NCBI GenBank assembly: GCA_018823175.1
Contig: JAHJIY010000040.1
Coordinates: 16,888 to 80,887 of the forward strand
Source of the DNA: Pseudomonadota bacterium
GTDB taxonomy: Bacteria > Desulfobacterota > Desulfobulbia > Desulfobulbales > JAHJIY01
Length of the DNA stretch: 64,000 nt
Reading direction: 5' to 3'
The notes below the pieces were generated by a model. It did not search any database. It was given only the letters and a program-made list of their open reading frames with translations, and was not told where the DNA came from. The position numbers and the translations under genes are program-made. This document shows, piece by piece, positions 1-10,083 of this stretch; positions within the stretch are counted from its first letter, which is position 1; each line of letters begins with the position of its first letter.

Positions 1-234
1 CATAGCCTGCAGGATGTACTGCGTTCTTCCGAGAAGGTGCCAAAAATTGCCAAACCGATTCCCATTGTCTTAAGCGGCGGCACCGTCCTGCCCGAAGGTT
101 TCCGCGAAAGATTCGGCAAGGGACTGCGCAAGGTAAGACTGCCGATCGAGATCTCTGAGGTAAGGGTTGCCAAGGAGCCGTTGGACACCACGGCAAAAGG
201 TGCCATGGTCATGGCCTTATCGGAAGAAATGTAA
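1..234 (+). CDS. Actin-fold ATPase-like protein (MreB/ParM/FtsA superfamily), C-terminal fragment; 5' end lies outside the window
   Basis: Frame 1 is open from base 1 (HSLQDVLRSSEK...) to TAA at 232-234. PIVLSGGTVLPEGFRERF...TTAKGAMVMA resembles the C-terminal xVLxGGxxxxxGF / ..A.GA.. segment of actin-like ATPases. Only 77 aa are visible, so the family call is tentative. Confidence 0.4.
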   Translation, partial: HSLQDVLRSSEKVPKIAKPIPIVLSGGTVLPEGFRERFGKGLRKVRLPIEISEVRVAKEPLDTTAKGAMVMALSEEM

Positions 235-260
235 GTTCAGCCAAAATCTGATTAAACCAA

Positions 261-300
261 AAAAGCCAAAGAACAGTATGCAAATTGTTCTTTGGCTTTT
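261..300. terminator. Bidirectional rho-independent terminator hairpin between convergent genes
   Basis: AAAAGCCAAAGAAC (261-274) pairs perfectly with GTTCTTTGGCTTTT (287-300) around a 12-nt loop. The A-run 5' and T-run 3' let it serve both the + gene ending at 234 and the - gene ending at 358. Confidence 0.7.
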
Positions 301-357
301 CTTATTTCCAGCTAATATTTAGCAACTTACCATCATAACACCTGTAAAAAATGCAGG

Positions 358-3078
358 TTATCGGACACTCCTTTTTTTACTATCAGACAATCCCCGGGAA
401 GTAGAAAAAGACATCTTGTCGGATTGTTGATTAACCGCAACCTGCCGCACCGTTTTTTTCAAGACGTTTATTCTCTGCTCGCCTATATTTTTACCCTGAT
501 AAAAAAACTGTACTTCCCATGTCCCTTTTACGCCCTGATCTTTTGCTGGGAGCTGAAAGGCATCAACCTGTCGCTGGCAATAGTTGACCGATTTCAATCG
601 GGAGTTGATTATCTTTTTATCCGGCGAGACCCATTTAATCTCAATCGGAATGGTCACGTTGCCCGGGATAAAATTAACCGAATAGAGAACCCCCAGGCTT
701 GCCCCGGCCTGATAAACAACACCGTTGCCATCATTTGAAAACATCTGGTGCTTGAGAAGATTCACTTCAACTTCACTGAGCCCTTCATAGGCCAGGCTAA
801 GTTCATCCATGTTCTCAAAATCTTCCTTCACCAGACCATAGCTCTCGACATCAAGACTCCAGATCTTTATTTTTTTTGTCTCATCCGGAGCCGTCAATCC
901 CGAAGTATTCACGACCGCCGTCTTCTGGCCGGCCAAGCCATCAAGTTTATATTTGCCCTTGCTCTCTAAAGAATCATTTCCGGCAAAACTTTGAACACTA
1001 ATCGCCTTATCGAGATTGCGGACATTAACCAGGCTGGTTTTCACCATTACCGCCTGCGACAAATTGGCCCGGTTCAAATCGGCATCATTGAGGTTTGCCC
1101 CGGATAGATCAGCTCCCTGCAGTTTGGCATTGGTCAGATTCGCCCATCGCAGATCCGCGTCATGCAAATTGGCCTTGGTCAGATCGGCGTTGCTCAAGTC
1201 GGCGTTGGTCAGATCAACGGAACTCAAATCCGAATAGGCGAGGTTCGCATTAATCAGATTGGCGTTGCGCAGGTCAAACCTGGTCATCTTCACATCGCTC
1301 AAAACAGCGGACCGTAAATTTTCAAGTTTGAGATTGTGGGCCGCAGTCAGATTAATCCCCGTAAGATTGGCACCTTTCAAATCGGCGTTACTCATATTGG
1401 CGTTGGTCAAAACCGCCTGGGTCAAATTGGCCTGATTAAGATAGGCGTGGTCGAGCTGGGCCATATTTAACCGGGCCTGACTCAAGTCCGCCCCAGTCAG
1501 ATTAGCCTTGCTCAAATCGGCGCCACGCAAATCGGCCCGCCGCAGATCACAATTAGTCAGATTGGCTTTGATCAAGACTGCCTTTGATCCGAGATCCGCA
1601 TCGGATAAAACAGCGTTGGTCAGGTTGGCAGAACTGAGGTTTGCCTTGGCCAGAATACACTTGCTCATCCGAGCCCCGGTCAAATTGGCATTAGTCAGGT
1701 TGGCACCGGACAGATCCGCCTTCTCGAGGTTTGCGCCGCTAAGATCGGCATCCTGCAAATCAGTAAACTTCAAATTCCCCTGGCCAAGGTCCACATCATG
1801 TAAATTGGCGCCCTTTAAAACCGCCCGCATAAAAAAACTTTTTGTTAATTTAGATTTACTCAGGTCCGCCCCAGTCAAGTCGGCCATCCGGATATCGGCG
1901 CCGGAAAGATCAACCCCGTAGAGATTGGCGCCGGATAGGTTTGAATTCTCAAGTTTGGTATTGACCAGATCAACTCCGGAAAGATCTGCGTTTTGCATAG
2001 AGGCCCCGGCCAGATTTGTCTTGTAAAGATTTGCCGCCGTCAGATTGACATGATCGATTATCGCTTCACTTAAATTAGCCCGGCTCAGATTAGTCCTGAC
2101 AAAAACCGCCTTTAAAAAATTAGCTCCGCGACAATCCGAGCCGGTAAAGTCAGTTTCCTCCAGAACCGCTCCTGCAAGCTTGGCATCCCTCAGATCCGCA
2201 TCAAGCAGGCTGACCCGGGTCATGATTGCCCCTTGCAAATCAGCGCCGGACAAATCAGCGTTAGAAAGATCAGCTCCTCCCATTTGGGCATTTTTAAAAA
2301 CAGCAGAAGAAAGTTTTGCCTCAGACATGGCACTATTTTGCAGATTCGCGTTGCTTAAGTCCGCCCCACGCAGGTCCACCCCCTGCAAAATAGACTCACT
2401 TAAGTCAGAATCCCGTAGATCAGTTCCTTTTAAGTTGACGCCGCGTAAATCCAGGGTAGCAAAATTTATCCTGCTAAGATCATATCCACTCAAGTCCCTG
2501 GTTGTATTGAGAATGGCCTGCACCTCAAGCAAGCGGTCCCGTCCGATCGGGACATCGGCATTTTTGTACCGGTGATCCTGGGCCACCGGGACATTGGCCG
2601 AAAGTTTTTTTAAGGAAAAAAGACTGAGCTGGCCGGTCAGACCAAAATAGCCGGCCAGAGTTATGGCAAGACAAAGAACAATAGAGGTCCAGACTACAGG
2701 TTTCTGCCAGAAGGAAACCGTGTGATGCAAGGCCTTGGATCCAACCCGCCCCAAAGCCTTCACACTTCCTTCCCTGTTTTTTTGCTCTTCCCGTTCCCTG
2801 ACTACCTCAGCCAGACTAAGGACTTGCCCCCGACTTTTGCAGACCGGACATTTGGCAGAACGATTGAGATATTTGAGCGGCGCTTTTCGTAAAAAGCCGC
2901 AACTTTTACAACAAAAGACCGCACCCGGAGAATTAATTGGAGGGTCAGGGGAAATGACGGAACTGTCGATTGAAGGAAGATGCACCGTTTTCCTGCATTC
3001 CGGGCACAAGATGTCCTTGCCGGCATGACTGGAACCGATATCGCGGGAAAATCCACAATTGGCGCAATGAAATTCCAT
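358..3078 (-). CDS. Membrane protein: two N-terminal CxxC...CxxC zinc ribbons, one TM helix, ~490-aa pentapeptide-repeat array, ~220-aa unassigned C-terminal domain
   Basis: 906-aa ORF with an ATG start. Zinc ribbons HCANCGF..CPECRK and CCKSCGF..CPVCKS. Hydrophobic VVWTSIVLCLAITLAGYFGL (aa ~128-147). Long run of A(D/N)LxxANLxGADL pentapeptides. The last 221 aa are non-repetitive. Confidence 0.9.
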   Translation of the reverse strand: MEFHCANCGFSRDIGSSHAGKDILCPECRKTVHLPSIDSSVISPDPPINSPGAVFCCKSCGFLRKAPLKYLNRSAKCPVCKSRGQVLSLAEVVREREEQKNREGSVKALGRVGSKALHHTVSFWQKPVVWTSIVLCLAITLAGYFGLTGQLSLFSLKKLSANVPVAQDHRYKNADVPIGRDRLLEVQAILNTTRDLSGYDLSRINFATLDLRGVNLKGTDLRDSDLSESILQGVDLRGADLSNANLQNSAMSEAKLSSAVFKNAQMGGADLSNADLSGADLQGAIMTRVSLLDADLRDAKLAGAVLEETDFTGSDCRGANFLKAVFVRTNLSRANLSEAIIDHVNLTAANLYKTNLAGASMQNADLSGVDLVNTKLENSNLSGANLYGVDLSGADIRMADLTGADLSKSKLTKSFFMRAVLKGANLHDVDLGQGNLKFTDLQDADLSGANLEKADLSGANLTNANLTGARMSKCILAKANLSSANLTNAVLSDADLGSKAVLIKANLTNCDLRRADLRGADLSKANLTGADLSQARLNMAQLDHAYLNQANLTQAVLTNANMSNADLKGANLTGINLTAAHNLKLENLRSAVLSDVKMTRFDLRNANLINANLAYSDLSSVDLTNADLSNADLTKANLHDADLRWANLTNAKLQGADLSGANLNDADLNRANLSQAVMVKTSLVNVRNLDKAISVQSFAGNDSLESKGKYKLDGLAGQKTAVVNTSGLTAPDETKKIKIWSLDVESYGLVKEDFENMDELSLAYEGLSEVEVNLLKHQMFSNDGNGVVYQAGASLGVLYSVNFIPGNVTIPIEIKWVSPDKKIINSRLKSVNYCQRQVDAFQLPAKDQGVKGTWEVQFFYQGKNIGEQRINVLKKTVRQVAVNQQSDKMSFSTSRGLSDSKKRSVR
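1024..2493 (-). repeat. Coding tandem array of ~98 pentapeptide (15-nt) units inside the 906-aa ORF
   Basis: The translation shows an almost uninterrupted 5-residue periodicity from SGYDLSRINF to LVNVRNL. This periodicity also explains the stack of overlapping alternative-frame ORFs in the track here. Confidence 0.85.
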
Positions 3079-3196
3079 TCCAACCCTCTGCCTTAAATCT
3101 TATCCGCCGCCTATCACGACCAACGGAGCAGATAATTACCACCTCTAAACAGCCAACTCTTCAACTTATCGGTATTTATTTAAGATCCGACACTTA

Positions 3197-3248
3197 TACC
3201 GCAAGGGCATAAGTTTCGTACGAGCCGACGAGCGGCTCAACTCAGCTT
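3197..3248. repeat. REP-like intergenic element, copy 1 of 3
   Basis: TACCGCAAGGGCATAAGTTTCGTACGAGCCGACGAGCGGCTCAACTCAGCTT is about 90 percent identical to the two tandem copies at 15310-15417. It contains the stem-loop GAGCCG-N4/5-CGGCTC. Confidence 0.75.
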
Positions 3249-3516
3249 TAATTGTCTGATGTTATAAAACTATTTGCAACAAAAAGAATAAGATCTTGCC
3301 GGCATGTTTTTAATTTGATGTTCCAATCACGGACAGCTACTATAATTTAAGGTGAAATAATGATATCAAACAAAACACTGAACTTGAGCACTTTTTCTTC
3401 AGTCACTATATGATGGTTTCGCAAGAAGAAATGAGATGGCTGAGCAAAAATTTCGATATACAAGAAGTAGGACATTTTTGTAAACTACGCCATCACTATT
3501 TAACCTCTACAATCGA

Positions 3517-6366
3517 TTGAAGCCTATCCACAATCCGAGGCAATATTCTCCAGTGGAAGAAATAAAGAACAACCATAAAAAAGATCATAAGGATCATAAC
3601 GATCCGCCCAAGAACGCCAAAGAAGAGGAGGTTCTTAACCCGCAGCAACAGGCGATCCGTTTCAAGGCCTTTCGATATCTCTTTTCCGAACAAGATCTGA
3701 CCAATCAGCCCGATGAAAAAAAACTCATCAAAAAACTGAAAATGAGTCGCAGTCTGGAAAAGAGTTACGGCAACTACATCAAGGAACTGGAAACAAACCC
3801 TGACAAAATCATGGTATTCCCCTGGGACAATCCTTTCCGGCGGTTCATTTTCCTGCTGACCATCTGGGGACCACGCTCCTTTAAATGGGGCCTAATTGCC
3901 GCCATCATCCTTTTCGTGATCAACTATATTCCCGGTCCGACCCAGCATATTGTCGAACATGCCATCGCCCGTTCGATCTATGATGCGGCCCGCTTGTCAC
4001 GCCTGCCGGAAAGCCTGGAAAGCTATGCCCATTCCGCCAACATCGTCGATGCCAACGGCTCGATCATCAAATCATACGGCAAGAGAAGAGTTAATCTGCA
4101 GATCTCGGACCAGGTCAAAACAGCGCTTCTGGCCTGCGAGGACCATTACCTGCTGCCCCATCCGAAAAACTCATGGCTGGTGAATAATTTCATGATCCAC
4201 AGCGGCGTCAGCTGGTTCAACCTGCTGGGGGCGCTCAAAGACACCCTTGGCGGCAGAAAGAGAGGGGCCAGCACCATTATCATGCAAAACGCCAAAAAGA
4301 TACTGGGCAACACCGATAGAACGATGGCCAATAAAATCGAGGAAATAATCATTGCCTACATGCTGGTCACTAAATTCGGCAAAGATGCCAACCTGGAATT
4401 TTATATTAATACGGTACCGGTCGGCAGCAACATTTATGGTTTTCCCGCTGCGGCCCGCAACTATTTCAAAAAGGACCTGGCCGAACTCAATACCCAGCAA
4501 ATCCTGACCATTGCCTCATTCATCCCCAACCATAATCGACAATTAGCCTTTTACCACATCGTCAAAGGCCAGAATATCGATCAGCTTGATTCAACCATGC
4601 AGATGCATGCCGATAACGCAATCAGCAAGATAAACTCCGCCCTGGCCTATCTCAAAAGGCAAGAAATAATAAGCGCCAAGGAATACCGGGAATGGCTTCT
4701 CGGGGATGAGGAATCAATCCGCAAAATTGGTCTGCGCGATTTCAAATCACCACTTTATGGCGAGGAGGAATGGACCTCCTGGAACGTGATCAAAGAGGTC
4801 TGCGCCCAAAATTACCTGGTGGACGGCAGAAAGGTATCCGGGGCCCAGCTTCTTCTCGATGAACGGGGCGATGTCATCATCGAAACCCAGGTAGATCTGG
4901 TCCTGGCCGAGAAGACCAAAGAGATAATCACCACCTATCTCAACAGCCCGTCATACCGGGAAATCCTGAAAAAAAGAAACCAGAATACCTGGCGCCGCGA
5001 CCTGCAGCAATATCAGGATCGAGGCATAACCCCGCCCTACTCCACGTTCGACGGATTCATGGAGTACCTGAACCGTCACATCAATATCGGGGTGATGATC
5101 ATCAACCAGCAGGGCAACATTCTGGCCTATATCGGCGGCAAGGAATTCCTGCAAGGATCAGGCGATAGCGACCAGCAGTCAACCGACAAAGAGCACAGCC
5201 ACGAAAACCCGCTGATCATCGACCTGATGAACAAAAAGGCCAAAATCGCCCCTTCCTCAACGATCAAGCCGATAATCGCCTATTACGCGATGGTAAATAA
5301 TAATGCAAATCTGCAAACAACCTTTGCCGACAAACCAATCGAATACAAATATTCCGAAAGCGCCGGCGGCAAGATCTGGCTGCCCCGCAACTCCTATCCT
5401 TACGATGAAAAAGGCCGGGGCAACAACCGTTATCTGGGCCGCGAATATACCCTGCTTGAGGCCCAGATTCTGTCCATCAATACCATCTTCGCCAGATTAT
5501 ATACCAACCGGGTCTTACGAAACGCCATGCTGATCGGCCTGGACCGGATTGAGCTGGATTACAACAAGGAAGACGCCAAAAACTGGCCGTTCGGTATCGG
5601 CGCCTCAAGCGTGCCGGTCCAGCAATGGCTTGGTCTTTATAACGCCTTTTTAGACGGCAACTACCTTGAGCCGGGCCTGGTCAAACGCATTCTGGTCAAC
5701 AATAAAGTCATCTATGAAAGGATCTCTGACGAAAACAACCAGCCGATCTTACTTTTTGACGCCAAAAATGAACGCGATGACACCATGCGTGCTTTATACG
5801 AGGTATGCAACCGGGGAACCGGCTCGGCGATGAAAACCGAGTTTAAATATCACCACAATCTGGTTTCCGGCAAGACCGGGACCGCGACCGACGGCCAGAC
5901 TTCCCTGTTTGTCGGCCACTTCAATCCATACCGTGACCGCAAGGCCCACCCCGATCAAATGATGACGATGATCGTGGCGGTCACCACCAATACCGGCGGC
6001 TACAAAAACATCGGCACCTCAACCCAGGGACCGGTAATCATCGCCGGCCGGATCATGGACTACTTGTTCAACCGGGAGCTGCAAAAGGTAATGGACCAAA
6101 AGATCGAAGAATCCAAGAACAAGGACTCCCGCTTCCGCAACAACCACATCTATTGGGCAAATGTCAATCGTTACATGGATGTATTGCTGCACCAGGATCG
6201 CAACGGCAAGAATATCTATAAATGCATGACCGGCATCGACAACTACCAGGAGGCCTTAGAACAGATATTGAACAGCAATAACCGGATATATCAGGGTCGC
6301 AGCGATCTTTTTGATCAATTGGTTGATTTCTACTGCGACCAGGAACGAGTAGTCAAAAGACATTGA
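3517..6366 (+). CDS. Class A penicillin-binding protein (GT51 transglycosylase + transpeptidase), divergent
   Basis: 949-aa maximal ORF from TTG 3517; the first ATG is at 3742, just before the TM helix WGLIAAIILFVINYI. GT51-like motifs: LLACEDHYLLPH, RGASTIIMQNAKK, KIEEIIIAYML. Transpeptidase motifs: SSTIKP (SxxK), SIN (SxN), SGKTGT (KTG). The start codon is uncertain. Confidence 0.8.
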   Translation: MKPIHNPRQYSPVEEIKNNHKKDHKDHNDPPKNAKEEEVLNPQQQAIRFKAFRYLFSEQDLTNQPDEKKLIKKLKMSRSLEKSYGNYIKELETNPDKIMVFPWDNPFRRFIFLLTIWGPRSFKWGLIAAIILFVINYIPGPTQHIVEHAIARSIYDAARLSRLPESLESYAHSANIVDANGSIIKSYGKRRVNLQISDQVKTALLACEDHYLLPHPKNSWLVNNFMIHSGVSWFNLLGALKDTLGGRKRGASTIIMQNAKKILGNTDRTMANKIEEIIIAYMLVTKFGKDANLEFYINTVPVGSNIYGFPAAARNYFKKDLAELNTQQILTIASFIPNHNRQLAFYHIVKGQNIDQLDSTMQMHADNAISKINSALAYLKRQEIISAKEYREWLLGDEESIRKIGLRDFKSPLYGEEEWTSWNVIKEVCAQNYLVDGRKVSGAQLLLDERGDVIIETQVDLVLAEKTKEIITTYLNSPSYREILKKRNQNTWRRDLQQYQDRGITPPYSTFDGFMEYLNRHINIGVMIINQQGNILAYIGGKEFLQGSGDSDQQSTDKEHSHENPLIIDLMNKKAKIAPSSTIKPIIAYYAMVNNNANLQTTFADKPIEYKYSESAGGKIWLPRNSYPYDEKGRGNNRYLGREYTLLEAQILSINTIFARLYTNRVLRNAMLIGLDRIELDYNKEDAKNWPFGIGASSVPVQQWLGLYNAFLDGNYLEPGLVKRILVNNKVIYERISDENNQPILLFDAKNERDDTMRALYEVCNRGTGSAMKTEFKYHHNLVSGKTGTATDGQTSLFVGHFNPYRDRKAHPDQMMTMIVAVTTNTGGYKNIGTSTQGPVIIAGRIMDYLFNRELQKVMDQKIEESKNKDSRFRNNHIYWANVNRYMDVLLHQDRNGKNIYKCMTGIDNYQEALEQILNSNNRIYQGRSDLFDQLVDFYCDQERVVKRH

Positions 6367-6557
6367 TTTAAATCTAGTGGTCCCTGCCGGCCCGACCAGG
6401 ATTCTTATTACGGGCACCGGAACTCCCTATCGACAAAAATAATCTTGATTTAACTAAACCGTTTATAAGACGATGAAAATTGACAGGCGGTAAACCGTTA
6501 ATCGACAGCCCTCTTTTCCATAATAATAACCGTGTTTTGGGAAAATTTACTGGCGCA

Positions 6558-8873
6558 ATGAAACCATTCCCTTTATTCAAAAATCTGATGCTCTGTATTG
6601 CCAGCGCCGCGCTCGCATCCATCGTTTTTTATTTCATCTCCCAATCATATCTGATCAGTCAGGCAGAAAAAAACATCCAGAACCTGCTCCTGTCTCACAA
6701 AGGCATTCACCATTATGTGCAGAACATCATGCTTCCGGCCCTGTACGACTATAAAAAACGGGGGAAAATCCCCGAAAAATTTTATGCCCCGGAACTTTTC
6801 TCTTCATCGTTTATCGTGCGCAACCAACACAAATATTATAATCAGGAACTCGCCGATTCCGGGTTCCCGGATCTTTACTACAAATTAGCCGCCAACAATC
6901 CCCGAAACCCTATCAACAAAGCCGATGAGTTGGAAAAAAGCCTGATATTAAGATTCAACGAAAACAGGGAACTCAAAAAATATCGGGAAATAATTGAGAT
7001 CGACGGCAAAGAGTATCTTTATTTCGCCATCCCGTTTCTCCAAAACGATAAACGCTGCATGGTCTGCCACGGCAAACGGGAAGATGCCCCGCTGGAACTC
7101 CAGGAAAAGTATCCCGGCCAAGGCGGCTTTAATGAGAAAATCGGCGAAATCAGGGCAATCACTTCCATTCGCGCCCCGTTGCAACAAGAATATCACCTGC
7201 TTTATATTATTGTCCCATCCCTGGCCGTCGGTTCATTTGCCCTTGGCTTATTATTGTTTTTCAACATGCAGCTGCGCGGCAAGGTCCGGGAAAGCACCGA
7301 ATCTCTTAAGGAGGAAATCAGGGAGAAACAAGAAGTCTATTTTAAATTGCATGAAAGTGAAAAATATTTGAAATCCATCCAGGATTCAATGCAAGTCGGT
7401 CTCCTCCTGATTGATGCGAAAACTTACGAAATTGCCGATGTGAATAAGGCGGCGCTCAATTTAATCGGCACCTCGCGAGAAAACATCCTTGGCAAGAAAT
7501 GTTTTTCTTTTATCTGCCCCATGCTGCAAGGTTGTTGTCCAATCAACGATGAGAAAAAAACGATAGATAAATCGGAGAAAATTCTGGTCGATTCCACGGG
7601 CAGAGAAATCCCTATTTTAAAGACAGCCACCCGGATTCTCTTTAATGAAAAAGATTATATCCTGGAAACATTCATTGATATCACCGAACAAAAAGAAACA
7701 GAAGTTTCCAGAGTCAAGCTGGAGAACCGCTTAAATCAGGCCCAGAAAATGGAAGCCATCGGCACCTTGGCCGGCGGCATTGCCCATGATTTCAATAATA
7801 TTTTGACCCCGATCCTTGGTTATACGGAAATTGTCCAGTCGACCCTGCCGGAAAGAAGCGAATCAAGGGAAAATCTGTCTGAAGTGCTCAAAGCCGCCTA
7901 TCGAGCAAAAGAGCTGGTCAAACAGATATTGACCTTCAGCCGCCAGACCGAGCATGAACTCAAACCTCTAAAAATCAGTCTCGTGATCAAAGAGGCTCTT
8001 AAGCTGTTGCGCTCCACCATTCCGACCACCATTGAAATCAAGGAAAATATCGATGCCCAAACGGGAAACGTCCTGGCCGATCCGACCCAAATCCACCAGG
8101 TATTAATGAACCTGTGCACCAACGCTTATCAAGCAATGCGTGAAACGGGTGGAATTCTGGCCGTTGAGCTGAAAAATATTGAGATCGGCAAGGGTGATGA
8201 AAAAGTGGCCGGACTACATCTGGCCGTTGGTCCTTATGTGAAACTATGTGTCAGCGATAGCGGACCGGGAATGGAACGGGCCGTCGCGGATAAAATTTTC
8301 GAACCTTACTTCACTACCAAGAAGAAAGGCGAAGGAACCGGCCTGGGGTTGTCCCTGGTCCATGGCATCGTGAAAAGTCATGGCGGCCATATTACGGTAT
8401 ACAGCGAACCGGGCAAAGGCACGTCCTTTCATGTCTACCTACCCCGGGCGATCATCGAGGCTGATGCCCCGGAGACCCGGAATAATTCACCTTTACCGAC
8501 CGGGAATGAAAGGATTCTTCTGGTCGATGATGAAGAGCAGATCGCCGGTTTGGAACATCAGATCCTGTCCAGTTTGGGCTACCAGGTCACCAGTATGACC
8601 AGTTCGAAACAAGCCTTGGCAACCTTTACCGCGAATCCCGGAAATTTCGACTTGGTCATAACCGATATGACCATGCCGGATATGAATGGCGCGGAGTTAT
8701 GCCAGAATCTCCTGGCAATCAGACCCGATCTGCCGATCATCCTTTGCACCGGTTTCAGTGAACTGATAAATAAAGAAAAAGCCGAGTCAATCGGAGTCAG
8801 AGAGTACATCATGAAGCCGGTCCTGCGCAAAGATCTGGCAATCGTAATCCGAAAAATTCTTGATCATTCCTGA
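6558..8873 (+). CDS. Hybrid sensor histidine kinase with periplasmic haem-c (DUF3365-like) domain, PAS, HisKA, HATPase and C-terminal receiver
   Basis: The track ORF is 6480-8873. ATG 6558 precedes the signal/TM segment MKPFPLFKNLMLCIASAALASIVFYF. CMVCH haem-binding motif; H-box GGIAHDFNNILTPILGY; DSGPGM and GTGLGLS; receiver ILLVDDEE...VITDMTMPDMNG. Confidence 0.85.
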   Translation: MKPFPLFKNLMLCIASAALASIVFYFISQSYLISQAEKNIQNLLLSHKGIHHYVQNIMLPALYDYKKRGKIPEKFYAPELFSSSFIVRNQHKYYNQELADSGFPDLYYKLAANNPRNPINKADELEKSLILRFNENRELKKYREIIEIDGKEYLYFAIPFLQNDKRCMVCHGKREDAPLELQEKYPGQGGFNEKIGEIRAITSIRAPLQQEYHLLYIIVPSLAVGSFALGLLLFFNMQLRGKVRESTESLKEEIREKQEVYFKLHESEKYLKSIQDSMQVGLLLIDAKTYEIADVNKAALNLIGTSRENILGKKCFSFICPMLQGCCPINDEKKTIDKSEKILVDSTGREIPILKTATRILFNEKDYILETFIDITEQKETEVSRVKLENRLNQAQKMEAIGTLAGGIAHDFNNILTPILGYTEIVQSTLPERSESRENLSEVLKAAYRAKELVKQILTFSRQTEHELKPLKISLVIKEALKLLRSTIPTTIEIKENIDAQTGNVLADPTQIHQVLMNLCTNAYQAMRETGGILAVELKNIEIGKGDEKVAGLHLAVGPYVKLCVSDSGPGMERAVADKIFEPYFTTKKKGEGTGLGLSLVHGIVKSHGGHITVYSEPGKGTSFHVYLPRAIIEADAPETRNNSPLPTGNERILLVDDEEQIAGLEHQILSSLGYQVTSMTSSKQALATFTANPGNFDLVITDMTMPDMNGAELCQNLLAIRPDLPIILCTGFSELINKEKAESIGVREYIMKPVLRKDLAIVIRKILDHS

Positions 8874-8946
8874 TTGGATATAAATGTAAAAACAGGATCA
8901 AGCGGCGACTTGGGTAATTACCTGCCGCCGTCATCACTTCGGTCGA

Positions 8947-9618
8947 TCATGATAATTCCTCATCGACCGATTGTTTTCCGGCAGACGCACTTGTTTCTTC
9001 CCCGGACTCAGGAATAGCACTCACCTCTTCCCCAAGTTTCAAAGATACCGGATCGATCCCTTCAAACTGTTCAAGATAGAGACTGGCCAGACATCCGCAT
9101 TGAAAAGGCATGACCAGCACATGCAACAAGGCCAGAAAAGGAATAATCGCCGCCGCCATGTTAATAATGATCGCCGGTGCCACCCCAACCATGAAAATAA
9201 AAACCAGGTGCATAATAAAACCGCCCGCCGTTACCTTGTCGCGGCTTTCACCTAAAGCCCGGCCCACCGGCATTTTCCGGTCAGCCATCAGAAACAGGGA
9301 ATAAACCCACCAAACCGCCAGAATAACCCCTGGAATAATCAGAAGGAAAAAGCCGATAAAGATCAGAACCCCGACGAAAAAATAGGCGAAAAGCTCGCCA
9401 AATCTCTGCAATCCGGCAAAGAGATCATTAAAGGTCGGCTCTTTCCGATCGCGCAGGTAGTAAACAAACATCAAAATATAGCCGCCCAGCATCGGCCCGG
9501 ACAACAGACCGAAACTGGCCGCAATCATGATCTGAACAAGCAGGCCGCCAAAAATAAAAATAACCGGCTCTTTTTTGATCATCTGATACGCGTTTTCCAG
9601 ATGAGCTTGAATATTCAT
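8947..9618 (-). CDS. Polytopic inner-membrane protein of unknown function
   Basis: 223-aa ORF with 4-5 long hydrophobic segments (e.g. VIFIFGGLLVQIMIAASFGLL, FFVGVLIFIGFFLLIIPGVILAVWW) and an acidic C-terminal tail. No family recognised with confidence. Confidence 0.65.
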   Translation of the reverse strand: MNIQAHLENAYQMIKKEPVIFIFGGLLVQIMIAASFGLLSGPMLGGYILMFVYYLRDRKEPTFNDLFAGLQRFGELFAYFFVGVLIFIGFFLLIIPGVILAVWWVYSLFLMADRKMPVGRALGESRDKVTAGGFIMHLVFIFMVGVAPAIIINMAAAIIPFLALLHVLVMPFQCGCLASLYLEQFEGIDPVSLKLGEEVSAIPESGEETSASAGKQSVDEELS

Positions 9619-9722
9619 TTATCCCCCTCCAGACTTAATTCATTTACCCAACTTTATTACTGGACAATAAACCGCGAAGTACATATTTTATAATTAAGTA
9701 ACATCTTAAATTGTTACTTGTT

Positions 9723-9731
9723 TGGTATAAT
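9723..9731 (+). promoter_or_regulatory. Extended -10 sigma-70-type promoter element upstream of the FmdB-like gene
   Basis: TGgTATAAT at 9723-9731, about 30 nt upstream of GGGAG RBS + ATG 9760, in an AT-rich intergenic region. The -35 is poor (CTTAAA-like). Confidence 0.4.
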
Positions 9732-9759
9732 TTAAAAATTATAGCAGGGAGAAATAAAA

Positions 9760-9975
9760 ATGCCTATTTATGAATTCCGCTGTGACGATTGCAAGGCCCA
9801 GTTCGAGGTAATCCAGAGTTCGAGTGAAAGTCAGGCCGAAGTTGTCTGTGAAAAATGCGGCAGCAAAAAAACCAGAAAGACGATCTCCGCCTCAAGCTAT
9901 CGGCTCTCCTCGGGCAAAAGCTCGATCCCGGCCGGGGCTCTGTCCGGATGTTCCTCCCGCTCGGGATTTTCCTGA
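9760..9975 (+). CDS. FmdB-family zinc-ribbon putative regulatory protein (CxxC_CxxC_SSSS type)
   Basis: MPIYEFRCDDCKAQFEV...VCEKCGSKKTRKTISA is the hallmark N-terminus of the FmdB/CxxC_CxxC_SSSS family. GGGAG RBS 8 nt upstream. Confidence 0.85.
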   Translation: MPIYEFRCDDCKAQFEVIQSSSESQAEVVCEKCGSKKTRKTISASSYRLSSGKSSIPAGALSGCSSRSGFS

Positions 9976-10034
9976 GCCTGATTTGACAAACGGCCCGGGC
10001 GGCTGTTAAGTAATTAATCAGTTTGGTCCACTTC

Positions 10035-10061
10035 GCCCAGCTCCTTTCTCCCGAGCTGGGC
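10035..10061 (+). terminator. Stem-loop downstream of the FmdB-like gene (possible terminator, no U-tract)
   Basis: GCCCAGCTC (10035-10043) and GAGCTGGGC (10053-10061) form a perfect 9-bp stem with a 9-nt loop. The following sequence is not T-rich, so function is uncertain. Confidence 0.3.
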
Positions 10062-10083
10062 CAACCAATAATCCTCATCAGAT

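Noticed and set aside
1016-2575. Plus-strand ORFs 1016-1237, 1508-1921 and 2180-2575 opposite the pentapeptide-repeat gene.
   Set aside because: They are by-products of the 15-nt periodicity: their translations are themselves monotonous (SA.LRSA...) repeats. They have no RBS or independent domain signal, and the minus-strand 906-aa ORF explains the region.
3350-3520. Small ORFs in the PBP upstream region: 17 aa MISNKTLNLSTFSSVTI with AAGGTGA RBS at ~3360-3413, and 29 aa MRWLSKNF... ending at 3520.
   Set aside because: They are very short and have no conservation evidence available. They may simply be chance ORFs in the AT-rich leader. I could support no attenuator-like alternative hairpins.
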